Below, in pieces: positions 58,223-64,000 of a stretch of 64,000 bases of DNA. Made by a program: the position numbers and the translations under genes. Source of the DNA: Dehalococcoidia bacterium (GTDB lineage: Bacteria > Chloroflexota > Dehalococcoidia > Plut-88900); assembly GCA_965207225.1 (NCBI GenBank), contig CBDBLV010000005.1:768001-832000 (forward strand), in the 5' to 3' direction. The number at the start of each line of letters is the position of its first letter. Positions within the stretch are counted from its first letter, which is position 1. A model generated the notes under the pieces. It did no database searches. It was given only the letters and a program-made list of their open reading frames with translations, and was not told where the DNA came from.

Positions 58223-59038
58223 CTACCCCCACCTCTGCTGCAAAAGCGGCTGATCTGTAATCCCCGTCGTCACGCTCAACCCCGCATCCACCGGCAGCGT
58301 CACACCCGTAACCCACCGAGACTCGTTGCTCGCCAGATACACCGCCGCCCACCCGACATCCCACCCCGTCCCCTCCGTCCCCAGAGGTGCAGCCTCCGCA
58401 CGCCTTTCCCGCATCCCCTCCACCATCCGCGGCGCCACCATCGGCGTGTACACCAGCCCCGGCGCTATCGCATTCACCCGGATTCCATCCCGACCGTGGT
58501 CCGCCGCCATCGAAAACGTCAGCCCGATTACCGCTGCCTTGGAAGTCGAGTAAGGCGTGCTGTGGTGCGCCCTCAACCCCGCCGTCGACGCAATGTTGAT
58601 TATCGAACCCCCACCCGATTCCCTCATCCTCGGGATGACATGCTGGCTGCACAGCATCATGCTCTTCACGTTCACTGCCATCACCCGGTCCCACTCCTCC
58701 GCCGTCACGTCCAGCACCGACCCCCGCTTCGATATCCCCACGTTGTTCACCAGAATATCGATCCGCCCGTACCGCTCGACCGCCGTCTCAGCCAGCCGAC
58801 AAGTATCCTCCTCCACCGTCACGTCCACCCCCACCGTCGAGGCCCCCCCACCCTCCCCATCTATTGCGGCCAGCGTCTCCTTTGCCCGCTCCTCGTGAAG
58901 GTCCGCCAGCAGCACCTTCGCCCCCTCCCGGGCAAACAAAATCGCCGTGGCCTTCCCGTTCCCAATCCCCGGCCCGCTCGACCCCGCCCCCGTCACAATC
59001 GCCACCTTCCCCGCCAATCTTCCATTCGCCTTATCCAT
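58223..59038 (-). CDS. short-chain dehydrogenase/reductase
   Basis: TGAGS...GIG.G, LVNNVG, YSTSK, IRVNAIAPG. Confidence 0.93.
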   Translation of the reverse strand: MDKANGRLAGKVAIVTGAGSSGPGIGNGKATAILFAREGAKVLLADLHEERAKETLAAIDGEGGGASTVGVDVTVEEDTCRLAETAVERYGRIDILVNNVGISKRGSVLDVTAEEWDRVMAVNVKSMMLCSQHVIPRMRESGGGSIINIASTAGLRAHHSTPYSTSKAAVIGLTFSMAADHGRDGIRVNAIAPGLVYTPMVAPRMVEGMRERRAEAAPLGTEGTGWDVGWAAVYLASNESRWVTGVTLPVDAGLSVTTGITDQPLLQQRWG

Positions 59039-59107
59039 GAATTCGTTTGCTCCCCAAGATGATATTATTTTGCCCAGCTTACATTACACACGCGTGAGGA
59101 AGGGCAT

Positions 59108-59437
59108 ATGAGCGTTCCCACCCAGTCACTATCGGAAAGAGCCGCCACAAGGCAAACATATATCCACGAGTATGTTGAAGCTTGCACGCTTACACAAGTA
59201 TTGGATTATGGTCGAAGTTTGTCGGACACTGAAGGTGATAAGGCTATAGAGTACCCTGCTCAAAAGCTGGAAGAGCATATCAATATGCGGGCCTCAATGG
59301 GCTGGACGTTGGTTTTCATGGAGCCGCATTGGCATCACGAAAGCAAATACGGCTTTGATGTGGGATTTGCCAGGCCCCTTGCTGTCGTTGGCTGGTACCT
59401 GACCTTCAAGAGGAAAAAGCGAAGGGCAAGGCGCTAA
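59108..59437 (+). CDS. hypothetical protein (DUF4177-like C-terminus), lower GC
   Basis: GAGGAGG RBS; LEEHIN..A..GW.LV...YLTFKR. Confidence 0.6.
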   Translation: MSVPTQSLSERAATRQTYIHEYVEACTLTQVLDYGRSLSDTEGDKAIEYPAQKLEEHINMRASMGWTLVFMEPHWHHESKYGFDVGFARPLAVVGWYLTFKRKKRRARR

Positions 59438-59446
59438 GCAAAACGC

Positions 59447-60454
59447 CTACTCTATCTCCACCGTCTCGAAAATCTTAGGCCCGAGTATCCCCAGCAGCCC
59501 GCTTGCCGCCAGGTGTACCGTCCTACCCGTCGGGTCCAGCGGCGGTGCCACCTCGCAGATGTCGACGGCCTTGATTATGTCGTAGCTTGCCAGGCAGTCC
59601 ATCATCTCCAGGAACTCCACTGCCGTGATCCCCGTGAACACCGGGGCCCCTGTCCCGGGCGACTCCGACCCATCCACCACGTCGATGTCTATCGTCACGT
59701 ACACCGCATCCACGCTGTGCCCGACAACCTCCATCGCGCTCTTCACAATCTCTGCAGGCCCCTGCTCTCGCACCATCTTCGCCGTCGTCACCCTCATCCC
59801 CCCCGACCTGAATATCCGATGCTGTGCCGGGTCGATCACCGACCCGTTCAGCCCCACCCACGCCATGTTGTTATAGGAAATGTGAGAGTCCTCGCTAAGC
59901 CTCCTCGCCTGCGTCCCGTGCGTGTACTTCCCTCCAACCCCGTGCACGTCCCTGAAGTCCGGGTGGCTGTCGATGTGCAGGTACCCCAGCCTCGGCGACC
60001 CGCCCCGCTCAGACATCCCCTTCGAAAAACCGGCGAACCCCGGGTATGCAACGTAATGGTCACCGCCCAGCAGCACCGGAATCCCGCCCCTCTTCACTAT
60101 ATCCGCGACCCCGTCGATTACTATCTCAGTGGTCTCCTGCGTGTTCGTCGGGTTGATGTCGAAGTCCCCGATATCCCCCAGCGGCGGAGACGACACCGGC
60201 TTCCTCCAGATCCCCGACTCCACGTCCAGCAAGGTATTCTCCGCCGACACCTCGTAAGCCCCCCGGTGCAGCATCGACGCCTCTCGTATCCCCCTGGGCC
60301 CATAACGCGCCCCCGGCCTCGCCGTCACTATCCCCTGGTCTATCGGCACCCCCGCCACCACCAGCATCCCATCCTCGATCTCCTCCGGCCCCATGATCTT
60401 CCCGCTGAAGAAAGACGGGAACCCTTTGTAAGACGTATACAGCTTTCCTGCCAT
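59447..60454 (-). CDS. ureohydrolase (agmatinase/arginase family)
   Basis: RPGARYGP..IR, GGDH, DSHPD, HGT, DIDVVD...PGTG.P, EVAP. Confidence 0.92.
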   Translation of the reverse strand: MAGKLYTSYKGFPSFFSGKIMGPEEIEDGMLVVAGVPIDQGIVTARPGARYGPRGIREASMLHRGAYEVSAENTLLDVESGIWRKPVSSPPLGDIGDFDINPTNTQETTEIVIDGVADIVKRGGIPVLLGGDHYVAYPGFAGFSKGMSERGGSPRLGYLHIDSHPDFRDVHGVGGKYTHGTQARRLSEDSHISYNNMAWVGLNGSVIDPAQHRIFRSGGMRVTTAKMVREQGPAEIVKSAMEVVGHSVDAVYVTIDIDVVDGSESPGTGAPVFTGITAVEFLEMMDCLASYDIIKAVDICEVAPPLDPTGRTVHLAASGLLGILGPKIFETVEIE

Positions 60455-60487
60455 CCGTTGACCTCCGGTTAGTCCTCTCGAAAACGA

Positions 60488-61528
60488 TTAGGGCTCAATG
60501 ATAGGTTCAATAACCCACCCACTAGAGCGCCCATGCGAAAACAGCGGCACCATCGCCGATACCGCCCCACCCGGACCCCCTGCCACGTACACGTGTAGCT
60601 GCTCGGGTTCCGTAGGCAGCGAGCGCTCATGACTCACCGGGTCCTCGAAAGGCGTAACGCCGCCCAGTTCATAAGCCCGTTCCGCATCGAACACCAGGCT
60701 CGGCGCGAATTCGTTCACCCGCCCGGCTATGTACTCCTTTAGCTCGCCTTTCGTCATCCCGGACGTCTCTATATTGGAAAGGTGCTCCCCGCTGATGATT
60801 AGCACCAGCTCCCCGTGACAGTTGACGTTCGCCGCTATCGCATGGCTGATCGTATCCAGGATCGCTTGTGGTGAGTTATCAGCGTAGTTAAAAATTGGTA
60901 TCGGAGGCAGTGCCCCGAACAGGCTCACCGTGCTCGTAGACGGATCGAAACCCTTCTCGACGTGGTACGGCTCCCAGATGCTCAATTCCTCGTCTTCTGC
61001 GATGCAGTACGTGTATCGCGCAGGACTCCCGAACGCCGACTTGTCAGTAAGGCCCGGTATCTCCCCCAGCACGTTCATCAATATCAGCCTCAACGACCTC
61101 CCGATAGTCGAGTTCGCCCTCCACCCGGGCCCGAACAGGTTCCACCCCGAGTTGATGTCCAGCTTCTTCCTGATCGGCCCGTTTACCACCACCATTGGCG
61201 TTGACATCCCCGACGTTGTCTCGCTGATCCCCGAAAGATTGAACTTCGGCTTCATCATCGCCCGAACCGACGCTGCCACCACCGGGGCGTACTCCGCCTT
61301 GCACCCTGCCATCACCGCATTCACCGCCACCTTCTGCGCCGTCACCACCCAGTTCCGGCTGGACCGTGTCCCGAGCACCTCGTCCGCCTTCAACCCACCC
61401 GCCTCTAGAAAAGACTCCACCGCCCCCTGAGTCGGCGGCACGACCGGCAACCCATCCGTCATCCCCTGCTCAAAGAAATACTCGATTGCTTGAATTGTGT
61501 CCGGTAGTTCGGTGCCTCTGGTAGTCAT
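60488..61528 (-). CDS. uncharacterised DGLPVVPPT-family protein (paralog 2)
   Basis: TDGLPVVPPT, VAVNAVMAGC..EY, NGPIR, RAN.TIGR, AEDEE. Confidence 0.8.
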   Translation of the reverse strand: MTTRGTELPDTIQAIEYFFEQGMTDGLPVVPPTQGAVESFLEAGGLKADEVLGTRSSRNWVVTAQKVAVNAVMAGCKAEYAPVVAASVRAMMKPKFNLSGISETTSGMSTPMVVVNGPIRKKLDINSGWNLFGPGWRANSTIGRSLRLILMNVLGEIPGLTDKSAFGSPARYTYCIAEDEELSIWEPYHVEKGFDPSTSTVSLFGALPPIPIFNYADNSPQAILDTISHAIAANVNCHGELVLIISGEHLSNIETSGMTKGELKEYIAGRVNEFAPSLVFDAERAYELGGVTPFEDPVSHERSLPTEPEQLHVYVAGGPGGAVSAMVPLFSHGRSSGWVIEPIIEP

Positions 61529-61537
61529 AGCGCCCTT

Positions 61538-62578
61538 CTAAAGATTGTTTACGGGTTCCATTGTAGTTTGGCTCAAGACCCCCTGCCCCCACAACGGAAT
61601 GATAGTCGAATGCCCCCCGCCCTCGCCCCCCGCCACGATCAAAGTAATGCCATCGGCAGTGGTCGGAATCGACGAGTCGTCCGGGTTGGTCGTGGTCGGA
61701 TACCATGTGCCGCCCAAAGCCCCGATCCGCTCCCGCTCGTATGCGAAGTGCGGCTGGAACTCGTTGGCCCGCCTGGCCAGGTACTCCTTCACGTCCTGCT
61801 TGCTCCACCCCGCCGGCCCGATATTCTGCGCATGCTCGGGGCTCATTATCAACATAACCGGCCCGTGACACACCGAGTTCGCCGCAATCGCGTGGCTCAG
61901 TGTGTCCAGGATCTGCTCCGGCACCGGGTCCGACTGGTTGAATACTTCCATCGGGTGGCACGCAGGAATAAGCGCCACCGCACTCGACTCCAAAGCCATC
62001 CCATGCTCGACGTGATAAGGCTCCCACGGGCTCGCTTCCTCGTTCTCCGCAATGCAGAACGTGTACCGACCCGGGTGCCCGAACGTCGACTTGTCCGTCA
62101 CCCCCGGTATCTCCCGACACACGTTCATCAGCACCAGCCTCAGCGTCCTCCCGATAGTCGCATTCGCCCGCCACCCGGGCCCGAACAAATTCCACCCCCC
62201 GTTCACGTCCAGTTCCTTCCGAACAGGCCCGTTGATCAGGATTAGCGGCGCCGACGTCCCCGCCGTCTCCGCTATCGCCGACGCGTTGAACTCTGGCTTC
62301 ATCAATGCCCGTACCGCGGCATTAACCACTGAGGCGTACTCCGTCTTGCAGCCCGCCATCACCGCATTAACCGCCACCTTCTGCGCCGTCACCACCCAGT
62401 TACGGCTCGCCCGGGTCCCCAGCACCTCCCCGCCCTCCACCCCTCCCGACTCCAGGAACGCTCCCACCGACTCCTGGGTAGGCGGCACCACGGGCAGACC
62501 GTCGGTCATGCCCTGATCGAAGAAATACTCTATCGCCTCTACCGTGTCTGGCAGCTGAACGCCTGAAGATTCTGCCAC
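61538..62578 (-). CDS. uncharacterised DGLPVVPPT-family protein (paralog 1)
   Basis: Same motifs as, and visibly highly similar to, 60488..61528; GTG start with GGAGG. Confidence 0.8.
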   Translation of the reverse strand: MAESSGVQLPDTVEAIEYFFDQGMTDGLPVVPPTQESVGAFLESGGVEGGEVLGTRASRNWVVTAQKVAVNAVMAGCKTEYASVVNAAVRALMKPEFNASAIAETAGTSAPLILINGPVRKELDVNGGWNLFGPGWRANATIGRTLRLVLMNVCREIPGVTDKSTFGHPGRYTFCIAENEEASPWEPYHVEHGMALESSAVALIPACHPMEVFNQSDPVPEQILDTLSHAIAANSVCHGPVMLIMSPEHAQNIGPAGWSKQDVKEYLARRANEFQPHFAYERERIGALGGTWYPTTTNPDDSSIPTTADGITLIVAGGEGGGHSTIIPLWGQGVLSQTTMEPVNNL

Positions 62579-62592
62579 GATGCCCTCCTGGA

Positions 62593-63627
62593 TTAGTTCC
62601 GGAAATGCGGCATGATCTGTTCGCTGAACTTCCGCATCATCCCAATCTTGTCGAATATCGTGAACAGCACAGTGGAAAACGTCGTCACCCCCATGTTGCC
62701 CAATTCCTCGATGCGCTGCCTGATCTCCTCCGGCGGCCCCGTCAGGTGGAACGCATCAACCATCTTCTGTGTCACCAGCTTGGAGTGTGGTGCATCGACG
62801 TGTTCGTGGAAATACTCGTCATAGGCCTTAGCAGCATTCGCCGAGTCACTCATCAGCTCCTCTACAATCCCCGGCTCCCGAGCTTCCATCCTCTTCCTCA
62901 AGTCGTGGATCTCCGGCACGTCCCGGCTGAAGAACTGGTGTATCTTGATATACATCGTCGGGTACGACGACACCTCTTTCCGTGCCTCCTCCTTCGTATC
63001 GGAAATGTAGGTCATGTTGCGGCACCAAATGTCTATCTCCCCCGGGTCCCGACCTGCCTCCTCAGCCCCCTGGTGGATTAGCTCTACTCTCCACTTCGCC
63101 ATCTCGGGATGCACACCTATGAAAATCGCTCCGTCCGCGACTTTCCCTGCCAGCTTGCACAGCTTCGGCCCGTCCACCGCCAGGTAGATCGGCATCTTCG
63201 TCCTGCACCACTCCGAGTGCATCTTTGCACCCCGCCACTCTACCTCCTCCCCTGCCATGTACCCCCGCAGGAATTGAATGGCCTTCTCTATCTCCTTCGT
63301 GGTTCGAGGCCGCATCGACTTCCCGAATCTCCCCCCTGCCCCCAACCCCAGTACCGCCCGTCCCCCCGAAACCTCGTTCAGCGTAGCATGCGCTGTCGCC
63401 GTCACCGATGGATGGTACGTAATCGGGTCCGTAACCGCCGACATCAGCCTGATTCTGCTCGTGTTCAGTGCCGCCACCGTCAGGCTCGAATACATGTCAC
63501 GAGACAGGTTTGGCTGGTCCACCCACCCCATCATGTCGAACCCGCATTCCTCCGCTGCCTTGGCATGGGCTGGAACGTCGTAGATGGGTATGTTCCTCCC
63601 CATCCCGACCGTAAAATTCATCTTCAT
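62593..63627 (-). CDS. LLM-class (luciferase-like) flavin/F420-dependent oxidoreductase
   Basis: AE.CGFD, ALNTSRIRL..AVT.P..YHP, SGGRA.LGLGAG, PIYLA..GPK...LAGKVADG. Confidence 0.9.
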   Translation of the reverse strand: MKMNFTVGMGRNIPIYDVPAHAKAAEECGFDMMGWVDQPNLSRDMYSSLTVAALNTSRIRLMSAVTDPITYHPSVTATAHATLNEVSGGRAVLGLGAGGRFGKSMRPRTTKEIEKAIQFLRGYMAGEEVEWRGAKMHSEWCRTKMPIYLAVDGPKLCKLAGKVADGAIFIGVHPEMAKWRVELIHQGAEEAGRDPGEIDIWCRNMTYISDTKEEARKEVSSYPTMYIKIHQFFSRDVPEIHDLRKRMEAREPGIVEELMSDSANAAKAYDEYFHEHVDAPHSKLVTQKMVDAFHLTGPPEEIRQRIEELGNMGVTTFSTVLFTIFDKIGMMRKFSEQIMPHFRN

Positions 63628-63669
63628 ACTGGGTTTCCCCGTTTTGTTACAGGTCTGCTCTCTAATGTA

Positions 63670-63999
63670 CTAATGCGGCATCTTCCTTGCCGCCGCCCGG
63701 TACCGGCAAAACTCACACCTCCGCCCCGACGCCGGAGGCTCAGGCTCCTCCAGCAGTCCCACCACCTCTCCCAGGAACGCATCGAACGCCGCGTCGTCCC
63801 GGGCCATCTCCTTCCATTCGACATTGCCCGCATAGGATATCCGCCCTCTCGTATCCCTCACAAGCTCGTCCGGCTCAACACATACCAGTCCCAGGCGTGT
63901 AATTGGAGAAAGTGCCAGGTTCCCTGGCGCCGCATTCTCCAGAGCGTAGGCGTAAGCGTGTAGTTGCCGCGTATAGAGGCCAAGGTGATGACTCTGCGT
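63670..63999 (-). CDS. PD-(D/E)XK (Cas4/RecB-like) nuclease, C-terminal part; start outside window
   Basis: Manual translation: LYTRQLHAYAYALEN...RLGL...PP..G..CEFC.YR. Confidence 0.7.
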   Translation of the reverse strand, partial: TQSHHLGLYTRQLHAYAYALENAAPGNLALSPITRLGLVCVEPDELVRDTRGRISYAGNVEWKEMARDDAAFDAFLGEVVGLLEEPEPPASGRRCEFCRYRAAARKMPH

Positions 64000-64000
64000 G

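Noticed and set aside
63670-64000. cas4 of a CRISPR locus
   Set aside because: Only a partial PD-(D/E)XK gene; no array or other cas genes in the window

Overview
A high-GC bacterial chromosomal window. Gene content and dispersed repeats suggest a Dehalococcoidia/SAR202-like Chloroflexota (inference). The housekeeping backbone comprises rny-ymdB-PHP-fabZ, trpS-IMPase, DAK2-DegV-recG-argS, rpmB, argJBDG..argH-rpe and speD-speE. It is mixed with catabolic paralogs (CoA-transferase III, class III aminotransferase, DMFase-like, HpaB-like, M20, LLM monooxygenase, ureohydrolase, SDR), three tRNAs (Leu-CAA, Phe-GAA, Gly-CCC), two tRNA-linked islets and HicAB/BrnTA toxin-antitoxin pairs. Two things are not explained by the ORF track. 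(1) A ~540-nt non-coding region (15499-16036) lies downstream of its own sigma70-type promoter. It is closed by a ~20-bp long-range helix and contains three exactly 82-nt-periodic, covarying pseudoknot modules plus a pseudoknot-rich 3' domain, so it is a candidate undescribed large structured RNA. (2) Four in-frame UGA codons sit at redox-motif positions, each followed by a SECIS-like hairpin. They join seven short ORFs into three probable selenoproteins: a UxxC DsbA-like lipoprotein, a two-domain DsbA-like lipoprotein with two Sec, and a UGSC-motif protein. A decayed Cys-type paralog lies in the tRNA-Gly islet. All folding and family calls were made by eye; no searches were run.
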